Below are positions 9,187-17,066 of a DNA stretch of 42,977 nt, in pieces (position 1 is the stretch's first letter; each line of letters starts with the position of its first letter). The position numbers were made by a program, and so were the translations under genes. The notes under the pieces are model-generated. The model searched no databases. It was given only the letters and a program-made list of their open reading frames with translations, and was not told where the DNA came from. Source of the stretch: a virus (Duplodnaviria > Caudoviricetes); the IMG/VR virus record IMGVR_UViG_3300037854_000066, positions 1 to 42,977 of that record. One strand, given 5' to 3'.

Positions 9187-9366
9187 ATGAAATATCTAAT
9201 CTTAAGAGACATCGATAAGGAGAATCCAAAAGTTGAGATAGACACTGATGGACGGGCTGATAAGTTCAAAACTTATTCGGAGGCAAAGAAATTTGCTGAA
9301 AAATGGCAGGTGCCAAACTACAGTATTGTAGCGGTGTGTGATGATAAAAGGAATTATTTGGTATGA
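9187..9366 (+). CDS. Hypothetical protein (start likely ATG 9187)
   Basis: MKYLILRD...FKTYSEAKKFA; ATGA overlap downstream. Confidence 0.6.
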   Translation: MKYLILRDIDKENPKVEIDTDGRADKFKTYSEAKKFAEKWQVPNYSIVAVCDDKRNYLV

Positions 9367-9584
9367 GCACAATGGTACGATTCAAAAATTATAGGATTAT
9401 CAAAATCCATCATAAAAAAACTGGAATCTTAATCGGATTCTGGATTATGAAAAAGGAAAACGGAAAATGGTTTGGAATTGCTGACGGCGATAAGCCTTTA
9501 CAATTTGATACAAAAGATGAAGCAATTAAATACGTACAATCATGCCTATCGACTACACAGAATACCATCCCAAGTGGAGCTTGA
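9363..9584 (+). CDS. Hypothetical protein
   Basis: FDTKDEAIKY motif similar to the neighbouring small ORFs. Confidence 0.6.
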   Translation: MSTMVRFKNYRIIKIHHKKTGILIGFWIMKKENGKWFGIADGDKPLQFDTKDEAIKYVQSCLSTTQNTIPSGA

Positions 9585-9847
9585 TCAGCAGGCTGATCCG
9601 GTTTCAAAGAGCTAAAAACCAATGTGAGTGGTGTGGAGCTGAGAACTACGCCCCACATCCAGTGACTGGTTCGAAGGTGGTCCTGACGGTCGCACATATC
9701 GACCGAAACAAGGACAATAATCGATTCGAAAATCTGGCAGCACTGTGCCAGCGGTGCCATCTACATCATGATAAGGAGCAGCATGCCGAAAATCGAAAGT
9801 ATGGAAGAAACTGGAAGGGAAAGCATCAGTTGAAGCTCGGGCTATGA
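9542..9847 (+). CDS. HNH endonuclease (Zn-binding)
   Basis: CEWC...LTVAHID..KDNN..ENLAALCQRCH. Confidence 0.9.
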   Translation: MPIDYTEYHPKWSLISRLIRFQRAKNQCEWCGAENYAPHPVTGSKVVLTVAHIDRNKDNNRFENLAALCQRCHLHHDKEQHAENRKYGRNWKGKHQLKLGL

Positions 9848-10029
9848 ACTACAAACTCTATTTCGAACTATTTGGAAAGAAGATGGTGACTACCATCCAG
9901 GCAGACAGCCGGGAAGAAGCTGAGCTGAAGTTACGGTCTAAAATCAAGATCCATAAGACGGAAGCAGTCTTGCCAGATTTAGGACCGTTTGGAAATATCC
10001 CGGATGTATTGAAGGATCTCTTTAAATGA
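9844..10029 (+). CDS. Hypothetical protein
   Basis: ATGA overlap; last gene before the hairpins. Confidence 0.65.
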   Translation: MNYKLYFELFGKKMVTTIQADSREEAELKLRSKIKIHKTEAVLPDLGPFGNIPDVLKDLFK

Positions 10030-10105
10030 GAAATGGCCGGTTAACATCAAGCCTGGTGCTGTGTCCCGAAGGGAATGGTGCTAGGTGACTGTTAACGGCA
10101 GTTTC
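10030..10105. repeat. Imperfect long hairpin, attC-like
   Basis: GAAATGGCCGGTTAACA ... TGTTAACGGCAGTTTC arms, inner CCTGG/CTAGG and TCCC-GAA-GGGA. Confidence 0.55.
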
Positions 10106-10147
10106 TGTCATTTGAATAACAAAAGATTGGGGATGTACGAATAAAGA

Positions 10148-10170
10148 AAAGCCGGCAGGAAGTCGGCTTT
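10148..10170. terminator. Intrinsic terminator-like hairpin
   Basis: AAAGCCGGC-AGGAA-GTCGGCTTT. Confidence 0.65.
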
Positions 10171-10198
10171 ATTGTTTTACACCTAACACTTTTCATCT

Positions 10199-10684
10199 AT
10201 GCCCCAATTAGACAAGAAGGCTGCCTGGCAGGTGGCCGAGCTCCAGGTGTCGTACAGACGCCATGAACCCCCATTGATTATCCGAGATTCTGAGGATGCG
10301 GCGAGCTGTCTGCACTCCTGTTGGGATCCTGATCTATTGGATATCCAGGAGCAGATCGCCGCACTCTATCTAGGAGTCAAGGGTGAGGTAATTGGCTATA
10401 GACTGATTAGTTCCGGCAAACTTAGCACTGCAAACCTGGACACTGCCCTACTGCTAAGCTGTGGGCTACTGGTCCGGGCGGATTCCTTTATCCTGGCGCA
10501 CAATCATCCCAGTGGAGACCCCAGTCCGAGCCGGACGGACATTCGCACGACGCTGCAGCTGTGCAAAGCGGCTGAGCTCGTGGGATTGGAGCTGTATGAT
10601 CATATTATACTAGCCCGGGATCTACGCTGGCACTCGATGGTGGATGAAGGCAACTTTGTCCCCCGGCGACTGATGCGCCGCTAG
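10199..10684 (+). CDS. radC: RadC-like JAB/MPN domain protein (copy 1)
   Basis: VAELQVSY, QEQ, ILAHNHPSGDPSPSRTD, LYDHII. Confidence 0.92.
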   Translation: MPQLDKKAAWQVAELQVSYRRHEPPLIIRDSEDAASCLHSCWDPDLLDIQEQIAALYLGVKGEVIGYRLISSGKLSTANLDTALLLSCGLLVRADSFILAHNHPSGDPSPSRTDIRTTLQLCKAAELVGLELYDHIILARDLRWHSMVDEGNFVPRRLMRR

Positions 10685-10690
10685 CCTGAT

Positions 10691-10724
10691 AAGCCCGAAC
10701 TCTTACGAATTCGGGCTTTATTTC
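10691..10724 (+). terminator. Intrinsic terminator
   Basis: AAGCCCGAA...TTCGGGCTT followed by TATTTC just after the radC stop. Confidence 0.75.
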
Positions 10725-10798
10725 TTGGAAAAGTACACAACTAAAAACTTAGACACTTTACCCAAAATCGGGTAAAATTATTGTGCGTGAAAAAAGGC

Positions 10799-11041
10799 GT
10801 TACAATGTTACATTCTGTTGTCATATTAAAAAATATAGGAATAGAGACAGTATAGGGGGTTTTGGTCACAACAAAATGTAACAAATGACAACAAATCTTG
10901 GCTTTCAGTTTGTTACATGCAACATTGTTGCACAACAAAATGTAACAAATCGATTTGAAAATGTAACAAAAATGTTACACCGCTATTTGACTGAAAGTCA
11001 GAAAATTAGACCCTAAAAAAAACAGGCCACAACAATGTAAC
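10799..11041. repeat. TGTAAC/GTTACA iteron-like cluster, candidate replication origin
   Basis: 20-bp exact repeat CACAACAAAATGTAACAAAT at 10867 and 10931; partial copies at 10958 and 11028; inverted copies at 10799-10814, 10909 and 10971; AT-rich, non-coding. Confidence 0.7.
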
Positions 11042-11064
11042 GCGATTTCTAAGTTTGGCAAAAA

Positions 11065-11403
11065 ATGCCTAAATTGGTGAAAATCACCAGTCAAAAGAAC
11101 CGACTTAGAAAAATACAATTTATGGAGCGATACTTTGTCGATGAGGGTAAGCGGAAGTATTACAAATTGCAGGAGCAAGGTAGCGGAGCCTCGCTCTACT
11201 GGGTGCACGTGGCAGGCTTTGAGGATGGCAGCTTTGTGCATTCCAGGGGCATGGACAAGCTTGAGAGCTTTGAAAAGGGCTTGGAGGTCTGCGGTCTTCT
11301 GGCCAAGCCCTGTGATGAATCCGACTACATTGACGCCTTGAAAGGCTACTTCTCTGTAGATAAGAAAGTGCGGGAACACTTCATCCAGAAGTACAATCTG
11401 TAA
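11065..11403 (+). CDS. Hypothetical protein
   Basis: 112-aa ORF; start uncertain. Confidence 0.6.
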   Translation: MPKLVKITSQKNRLRKIQFMERYFVDEGKRKYYKLQEQGSGASLYWVHVAGFEDGSFVHSRGMDKLESFEKGLEVCGLLAKPCDESDYIDALKGYFSVDKKVREHFIQKYNL

Positions 11404-11421
11404 AAATATGTGGGGTAAATA

Positions 11422-11457
11422 TGTCCTAAACCTATCTGTGACAATTGGTGATATTCA
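11422..11457 (+). promoter_or_regulatory. Candidate late promoter TGTCC-N23-GATATTCA
   Basis: One of six intergenic copies with identical spacing. Confidence 0.6.
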
Positions 11458-11466
11458 CCAAAGAAG

Positions 11467-11892
11467 ATGAAAGCGTACGAAATACCTGTTTCCAGACCTG
11501 CACTGAAGATGCTCAAGCGAGACCATGGCTACAGCCGGCACATTGTGATCGATCGCTGGGTCTATGCGAAATGCCAGGGAAATATCCATCAATGGCGAAG
11601 GTATCTGGCGAACACTGCGAGCAATCAGGTTCGCATCACCGTAGTCTCCCGCTATGCATCACCCGGCAAGCTGTACACCTGCGCCCGGCTGATGGAATTT
11701 GAGTTTGACATCAAGATGATGACCTATATACAAGGAGCGACCGAGGCAGGGATGGCAGCAGCTGAGGCCATTCGGTGTTTCTTTGAGAAATACGACATCT
11801 CAGAGGAAGACATGAAGCTGGAAACGGCCTATAAACGCTGGCAACGCTTTCAAGACAAAGAATATCAACGCGATCTGATCCCCCTCTGGTAA
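11467..11892 (+). CDS. Putative transcriptional regulator / late-gene activator
   Basis: C-terminal helical AIRCFFEKYDISEEDMKLETAYKRWQR; sits at the head of the structural module; function inferred. Confidence 0.55.
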   Translation: MKAYEIPVSRPALKMLKRDHGYSRHIVIDRWVYAKCQGNIHQWRRYLANTASNQVRITVVSRYASPGKLYTCARLMEFEFDIKMMTYIQGATEAGMAAAEAIRCFFEKYDISEEDMKLETAYKRWQRFQDKEYQRDLIPLW

Positions 11893-12299
11893 TGGAAAGA
11901 ACCTCACTGATCATCGGCCTTCGACTGGCCTCATCCACCAACTATCCCAATCTGACATTGGTCGACGGCCTGCCCGATGCGAGCAGCCTGAGCACCTACT
12001 TCACTGTGCTTGACCTGGTACCCGAGCGGAATGATCTGCAAGAAGTCAGCGAATACAACGCCATGCAGGGTGAGGCCCTGCAAGTGACCATCCGTGCCCA
12101 TCTCTATCGCGATGATATGAGCTATCCCAACTATCTCAATGCGCATCTGATGGCCTATGTAGAGATGAGCAATGGGGAGAAGTATCTGATTGGAGACAAT
12201 CAGAATCCATTGACCTACTCATTCAGCAGGAACTCCGGAGCCGGCAATGCCGATCAGCGCGAGACAGAGATCCGCCTGACGGGAATATTCCCCCAATAG
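11892..12299 (+). CDS. Hypothetical protein (possible virion beta-rich protein)
   Basis: TAATG coupling; YLIG..QNPL motif. Confidence 0.7.
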   Translation: MERTSLIIGLRLASSTNYPNLTLVDGLPDASSLSTYFTVLDLVPERNDLQEVSEYNAMQGEALQVTIRAHLYRDDMSYPNYLNAHLMAYVEMSNGEKYLIGDNQNPLTYSFSRNSGAGNADQRETEIRLTGIFPQ

Positions 12300-12308
12300 G
12301 CCAAAATC

Positions 12309-12344
12309 TGTCCTGAATGGCGCGTGGCAATATGGGTATCCTTG
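12309..12344 (+). promoter_or_regulatory. Candidate late promoter TGTCC-N23-TATCCTTG
   Basis: Directly upstream of the head protease gene. Confidence 0.65.
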
Positions 12345-12372
12345 AGTCTCAATACTCAGGAACCCTATTCCG

Positions 12373-13599
12373 ATGGCACGAAAAAACCAGAAATTCTATG
12401 AAATAGTCAATCAATCCGACGACAGCAAGTCAGTCGATATTCTGATGTATGGATCCATTCCCAGCTGGGATGAGGATACCTACAAGATGAAGAACTCAGC
12501 AGAATCCTTTGCCAAGGAGCTGAAGAACCTAGAGAAAGACTACGATCGGATCAACATCCACATCAATTCACCAGGGGGTTCTCTGTACCACGCCTTCCCC
12601 ATCTTCAATGCGATCCGCAATTCGAAGAAAGAAATCCACACCTACAATGATGGCCTTGCCGCTTCTGCCGGTGGCCTCTTGCTGCTAGCTGGCAAGAAGG
12701 TACACACCGCCAAAAACGGCATCCTGATGATTCACAATGCCATGGCTTGGGCTTATGGTAATTCTGATGATTTCCGGGAGACCATGAAAACGCTTGATAC
12801 CTATGATGGGATCATTGCGAAGCTATTTGCAGAGCGAACCGGGATGAGTGAGGAGGATGTGAAGGAGAAATACCTGAACTACAAGGATCACTGGCTGGAT
12901 GCGGAGGAAGCTTTGGAAGCTGGATTCATCGACGAGATCGAGGAATACGAGTCAGAGGATGCGCCACCGAGCAATATCACAGAGATGGCCTTTAACGAGG
13001 TCCTGAATCTGTATCGGGCAAAGGAGGAGAAATCAGAATCCTTCCTGGACAAAGTAGTGAATAAGGTGCGGGCTGTGATGGGGGCTGATTCTAAAGAGAC
13101 TGCCGCGTCTCGTACCTCGCCTCGCAGTGACGAGAGCGATAAGGAGACTGCTTCGACCGCAAAAGCGGATCTCGCAGTGACGGAACCACAATTGAACCAC
13201 AAACCAAAAACTGATATGGACTTTAAGAATGCCCTGGAGATCCTGAACAAGGAGAATCCAAGCGCCGAGGAGTTGCAGGCTGTCAAGAATGACATCACGG
13301 CTTTCACCGGTGCCAATGAGCGATTCACCGCAGAAGAGGTGACCGCAAAAGTAGATGCAGCTAAGCAGGAGATTCAGAATCAACTGGATGCTGCCAATAC
13401 CGAGAAGACCAACCTTGAAAACAAGGTGAAAGATCTCGAAGCGACTGTGAATTCCTACAAGGAATCCGGTGTGACTCCTTCGAATGTGAAGGATGGTAAG
13501 AAAGACCCGATCGATGCTGATGAGCAAGAGAACCTGCTCACAGAGGCTGACATCGAGATTCGCAACATGCGCAAGCAGATGGGAATCGCGGCAGAATAA
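12373..13599 (+). CDS. ClpP-like head maturation protease with C-terminal scaffold-like coiled coil
   Basis: IHINSPGG, DGLAASAG (Ser), LMIHN (His), WLDAEEALEAGFIDEI. Confidence 0.93.
   Translation: MARKNQKFYEIVNQSDDSKSVDILMYGSIPSWDEDTYKMKNSAESFAKELKNLEKDYDRINIHINSPGGSLYHAFPIFNAIRNSKKEIHTYNDGLAASAGGLLLLAGKKVHTAKNGILMIHNAMAWAYGNSDDFRETMKTLDTYDGIIAKLFAERTGMSEEDVKEKYLNYKDHWLDAEEALEAGFIDEIEEYESEDAPPSNITEMAFNEVLNLYRAKEEKSESFLDKVVNKVRAVMGADSKETAASRTSPRSDESDKETASTAKADLAVTEPQLNHKPKTDMDFKNALEILNKENPSAEELQAVKNDITAFTGANERFTAEEVTAKVDAAKQEIQNQLDAANTEKTNLENKVKDLEATVNSYKESGVTPSNVKDGKKDPIDADEQENLLTEADIEIRNMRKQMGIAAE
13096..13181 (+). repeat. Two tandem REP-like cores inside the protease linker
   Basis: GAGACTGC...CTCGCAGTGAC at 13096-13131 and 13144-13181. 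Confidence 0.9.
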
Positions 13600-13624
13600 G
13601 CAACCACTAAACCAACTGAATACC

Positions 13625-14863
13625 GTGAAAACAATCAAATTCATCTTTAGCGTCTTGGTGGCGCTATTCATCGGGACCGCTGTTCAGGCATCAACTGGCC
13701 TGAATGCCTTTGCGGTGGCCGGTACTGTGCTGGGATCCGGTGCGATCCTCCCCTATGTCGTCAAGGACTTGCCGAAGGGCATGGCCTTTATGGCTGTGTC
13801 TCCTGCGACTGATATCTCTGCACTGCAGGGCTATATCACCAAGTATGACAAGACACTGATCTATCAAATGCTGAACGGGCTGGACTTTGTCAAAGACTTG
13901 GCCATCATCCGAAATCTACGTGAACCAAGGGCTTTGCCTAAGATGACGGTAGATGAGGGTGTACGTCGATTGAACTTAGACATCGAGCAGGCTAAAGGCG
14001 GAAGAAGCTGGACAGAGCGAATCATCACTCCTCAACTGGGAATGAAGATCATTAAGATGATCCCTGAGGAAGTGCGTGAGTCCTTTATGTCCGAGATGCT
14101 TGATCCAAATGCGAAGGAGCTTCCTTTCGCTCAGTGGGTATGGGCTCGTGAGTTTGAGAAGATCGCTTCCGAACTGAACGATAACTTCTATCTGAACACC
14201 CGTCCGACTGTCGTTCCATTTGATGCAGCTGCTACCTATGCAGTCGGAGCTCATGTGCTGTATAAGGAAGTAATCTACAAGCAGGTCTCTGCCGGTACGA
14301 CTACCGCAGGTGAATCACCTGAAAGTGCCTCTGCCAAGTGGGAGGATGTGGATAACAAGGTGCTCTTCGAAGGTCCTGATGCAGTGATCAAGAAAGCTAT
14401 CTCTACCGAAGGTCTCTTGGCCGTGGGTACGGGTACTTTCGATGAAGGAGATGCCTATGCCTACTTCAAGGAAATGTGGGGAGCTGTGACTGAAGCACAC
14501 AAGAACAAGGGTATGGTAGCCCATGTATCCTATGATGTGCAGCAGGACTTGGCTGAGAACATCAACACCCTATTCGGTTCCGGCAAAGGAATCGGCGGAG
14601 TGGACATCGAGGAAGGTAACTCCTTCATCATGAAGAACACCGGTGGGCGATTGAGAATCGTACCTCACACCTGGATGGGATCATCCAGACGAGTGATCAT
14701 GACGCATCCAGGCAATGCGGTGCTAGGCTTGAACGCTGCTTCTGACTCTCAGAAAGTAGGCAAGGTAGTGGAGACACTTCACGGATACCGAGCGATCGTG
14801 AAATTCATCTTGGCTTTCCAGTTCCGTGACTTGGAGAACCTGTACGTAAACGACCAGGCTTAA
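13625..14863 (+). CDS. Major capsid protein (probable; GTG start 13625)
   Basis: Follows the protease; about 410 aa; C-terminal RRVIMTHPGNAVLG...AFQF pattern; assignment mainly positional. Confidence 0.75.
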   Translation: MKTIKFIFSVLVALFIGTAVQASTGLNAFAVAGTVLGSGAILPYVVKDLPKGMAFMAVSPATDISALQGYITKYDKTLIYQMLNGLDFVKDLAIIRNLREPRALPKMTVDEGVRRLNLDIEQAKGGRSWTERIITPQLGMKIIKMIPEEVRESFMSEMLDPNAKELPFAQWVWAREFEKIASELNDNFYLNTRPTVVPFDAAATYAVGAHVLYKEVIYKQVSAGTTTAGESPESASAKWEDVDNKVLFEGPDAVIKKAISTEGLLAVGTGTFDEGDAYAYFKEMWGAVTEAHKNKGMVAHVSYDVQQDLAENINTLFGSGKGIGGVDIEEGNSFIMKNTGGRLRIVPHTWMGSSRRVIMTHPGNAVLGLNAASDSQKVGKVVETLHGYRAIVKFILAFQFRDLENLYVNDQA

Positions 14864-14865
14864 TC

Positions 14866-15246
14866 ATGGCAGATACTAAGAAAAACGCAGGAGCTCCGGC
14901 TCCTGCTACTCCTGAAAAAGGAACGACAGCAAGCGAAGCAACCGCAAAGTCCCTCCAAGTGGATGCTTCCGAACTAGAGGCTAAAGTGGCAACACTTGAG
15001 CAAGAGAATGCTGCATTGAAAGCAGAGCTGAAGGATGCTGCTGAAGTAGTGGCAGACCTGAAGGAGCAGTTGGCAGATAAGGCCAATGCAGGCGTCTTGA
15101 CCGTGAAGGTTGGAGGCAAGAAGTATCGCGTAGTGGGAGGCTGTGTACTAGCAGGAAAGCGCTACACGAAGGAAGAGATCGCGGCTGATGCGAAGATCGC
15201 AGAGCAGCTGATCAAGAAAGGGTCTCAATTGGTCATCCCAAACTAA
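14866..15246 (+). CDS. Coiled-coil virion-associated protein
   Basis: Ala/Glu/Lys heptads, directly after the capsid gene. Confidence 0.7.
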   Translation: MADTKKNAGAPAPATPEKGTTASEATAKSLQVDASELEAKVATLEQENAALKAELKDAAEVVADLKEQLADKANAGVLTVKVGGKKYRVVGGCVLAGKRYTKEEIAADAKIAEQLIKKGSQLVIPN

Positions 15247-15254
15247 GCTAAGCA

Positions 15255-15797
15255 ATGGAAATATATGACTTTGAAGGCGTCGTAAATCTGGAGGAGTCCG
15301 CAGGACTTCAGATCGAGGTAGCGATTGCCGATTACCGAGATATCGAGACATATCCAGCTCTACCAGATTTAGCTGCTGCCACTTCCAATGCTGAGCATGT
15401 GGATCTTGCAGATGCTGTCTTTGTTATGAAGACTGGTAAGAAGTTTCACAGATTCCAGGGATCCTTGGAGAAGAATGCCTTCAACTCCAATCTGGTAGGA
15501 CCACGCGGAGCGAAATCTTTCGAGAATACGCTGACTGTGATCCGAAATGCTGTGAACAAGGACTTGACCGGATGGCTAAGAGCTAACCGAAATAGACCGT
15601 GTATTGTGGCGTTCCGTCCTTTGGGCGAGTCGCAGTGGGTGTTCCTAGGATACGAAGGCCTTTGGGCTGAGATAGATGAAGGACAGATGGATATTCCTGG
15701 TGAGATTGCCGGGGAGAAGATGACCATGTTTACCGTGCGCTCGATCTTTCATCCTCCGTTCTACATCGATGCGATTCCTTTCACTGAAGGTGTCTAA
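15255..15797 (+). CDS. Probable major tail tube protein
   Basis: 180 aa, beta-rich pattern (GPRGAKSFENTL, WVFLG); positional inference. Confidence 0.55.
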   Translation: MEIYDFEGVVNLEESAGLQIEVAIADYRDIETYPALPDLAAATSNAEHVDLADAVFVMKTGKKFHRFQGSLEKNAFNSNLVGPRGAKSFENTLTVIRNAVNKDLTGWLRANRNRPCIVAFRPLGESQWVFLGYEGLWAEIDEGQMDIPGEIAGEKMTMFTVRSIFHPPFYIDAIPFTEGV

Positions 15798-15799
15798 GT

Positions 15800-15995
15800 G
15801 ATGGCTAAGAAAGGAACGCTGATACTGGATGGAGCCTATGAGGTGCTATATGTCAAGCCCGGCGTGATCGGGTATGGCAAGAGCTTCGTAGATCTAAGCA
15901 AACTGACCCCTGCCAAGGCTGAGGAGCTGGTGAAAGCCGGTTGCCCTTACCTGCGCAAGGTGGAGAAGAAAGCTGCTCCGAGCAAGGAGAAATAG
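15800..15995 (+). CDS. Small hypothetical virion-module protein (start approximate)
   Basis: VDLSKLTPAKAEELVKAGCPYL; last gene before the terminator. Confidence 0.6.
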
Positions 15996-16029
15996 AAATG
16001 ACATAGATTAATGGGTAATATGATGAAGC

Positions 16030-16079
16030 AAAGCCCCTCGTCCCGATAGCTATCGGGATCGAGGGGCTTTCTTTGTTTT
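16030..16079 (+). terminator. Intrinsic terminator containing the palindrome TCCCGATAGCTATCGGGA
   Basis: AAAGCCCCTCG...CGAGGGGCTTT stem followed by a T-rich tail. Confidence 0.85.
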
Positions 16080-16213
16080 AGGTGTGAAGCTATGAGTTGG
16101 TAGATGTAAATTCTTTGGGGCTCCGGGCGGGCTCTACGCGCTACACGGTAGCCTGCTTCGATCCCTGAGCCAGTCCTTACCATGGGAATGGTCAAATCGA
16201 TTTGAACAATATC

Positions 16214-16318
16214 GGAAGCTGATCCCGACACGAGGCAAGAGACTACGGCATAAAGCCCACCCACTATTCACATGCTTATTTATTCCGTTTCCTCTTGCAC
16301 TTAGTCGGTCTGAGTTCC
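16214..16318. repeat. Long hairpin direct repeat, copy 1
   Basis: 41-nt left arm and 40-nt right arm identical to copy 2; 24-nt unique centre. Confidence 0.92.
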
Positions 16319-16387
16319 GGGGGCTGATATCCAAATCAATTTCATTCAATCCTCCAGCGCAAGGAGTCTAAAGTCTGCACGGATATC

Positions 16388-16840
16388 ATGAAAACTTCCT
16401 CACACAGAATCGGCGAACTTAAAGTCATCTATCGCACTACTGCTTTGCCCTATCACAAGATCAGGAGCTCGTATGACACTTATGAGTTTCTAAAGAAGGT
16501 ATGGGATGAAGATCTGATTGAGTACATCGAACAATTCTGCATCATCCTGCTGAGCAGATCGAATCAAGTGATCGGCTATGACTTCATCTCGATGGGTGGC
16601 ACTGCCGGCACAGTAGTCGATGCCAAGGTGGTCTTTCAGACAGCACTTCTAGGTAACGCCAGTTCGATCATCTTGGCACACAATCATCCTAGTGGAAACC
16701 TCTCGCCTTCGGAGCCAGACAAACGGATGACTAGCCGAGTCTTTGAGATCGGTAAATCACTGGATATGCCAATTCTAGATCATATGATCATGACAAAAGA
16801 CGGATACTTCAGCTTCGCAGATGAAGGTATTATGAGATAA
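16388..16840 (+). CDS. radC: RadC-like JAB/MPN domain protein (copy 2)
   Basis: IGELKVIY, EQF, GGTAGTVVD, ILAHNHPSGNLSPSEPD, LDHMI, YFSFADEG. Confidence 0.95.
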   Translation: MKTSSHRIGELKVIYRTTALPYHKIRSSYDTYEFLKKVWDEDLIEYIEQFCIILLSRSNQVIGYDFISMGGTAGTVVDAKVVFQTALLGNASSIILAHNHPSGNLSPSEPDKRMTSRVFEIGKSLDMPILDHMIMTKDGYFSFADEGIMR

Positions 16841-16863
16841 GGGCTTCGGCCCTTTATTTATTT
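16839..16863 (+). terminator. Intrinsic terminator (UUCG loop)
   Basis: AAGGGC-TTCG-GCCCTT followed by TATTTATTT. Confidence 0.8.
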
Positions 16864-16904
16864 GACTTGGGGAAAGGCTTGGACGCATCTGTGCGCGAAA
16901 GTTA

Positions 16905-17008
16905 GGAAGCTGATCCCGACACGAGGCAAGAGACTACGGCATAAATCCAACGCTGAATACCAGGCTGGTTTATTCCGTTTCCTCTTGCACTTAGTCGGTC
17001 TGAGTTCC
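16905..17008. repeat. Long hairpin direct repeat, copy 2
   Basis: Arms identical to copy 1; 23-nt unique centre. Confidence 0.92.
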
Positions 17009-17066
17009 TGGTATGCCCGCTTACATATCCTCCCCGCCAGGAGGCGAAAGTAGGCGGTAGATTAGT

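Noticed and set aside
10741-10938. 65-aa minus-strand ORF in the iteron region
   Set aside because: Cys/Asn/Val/Thr-rich translation of the TGTAAC repeats, not a credible gene
13493-13624. Upstream ATG start for the capsid ORF
   Set aside because: Overlaps the protease gene by 107 nt with non-protein-like sequence; GTG 13625 after an A-rich spacer fits better
16214-17008. CRISPR or mini-array interpretation of the two repeats with variable centres
   Set aside because: Only two units 691 bp apart, left and right arms differ from each other, no cas genes, and I found no convincing match of the centres elsewhere in the window (best about 10 nt, AATACCAGGC at 28833)
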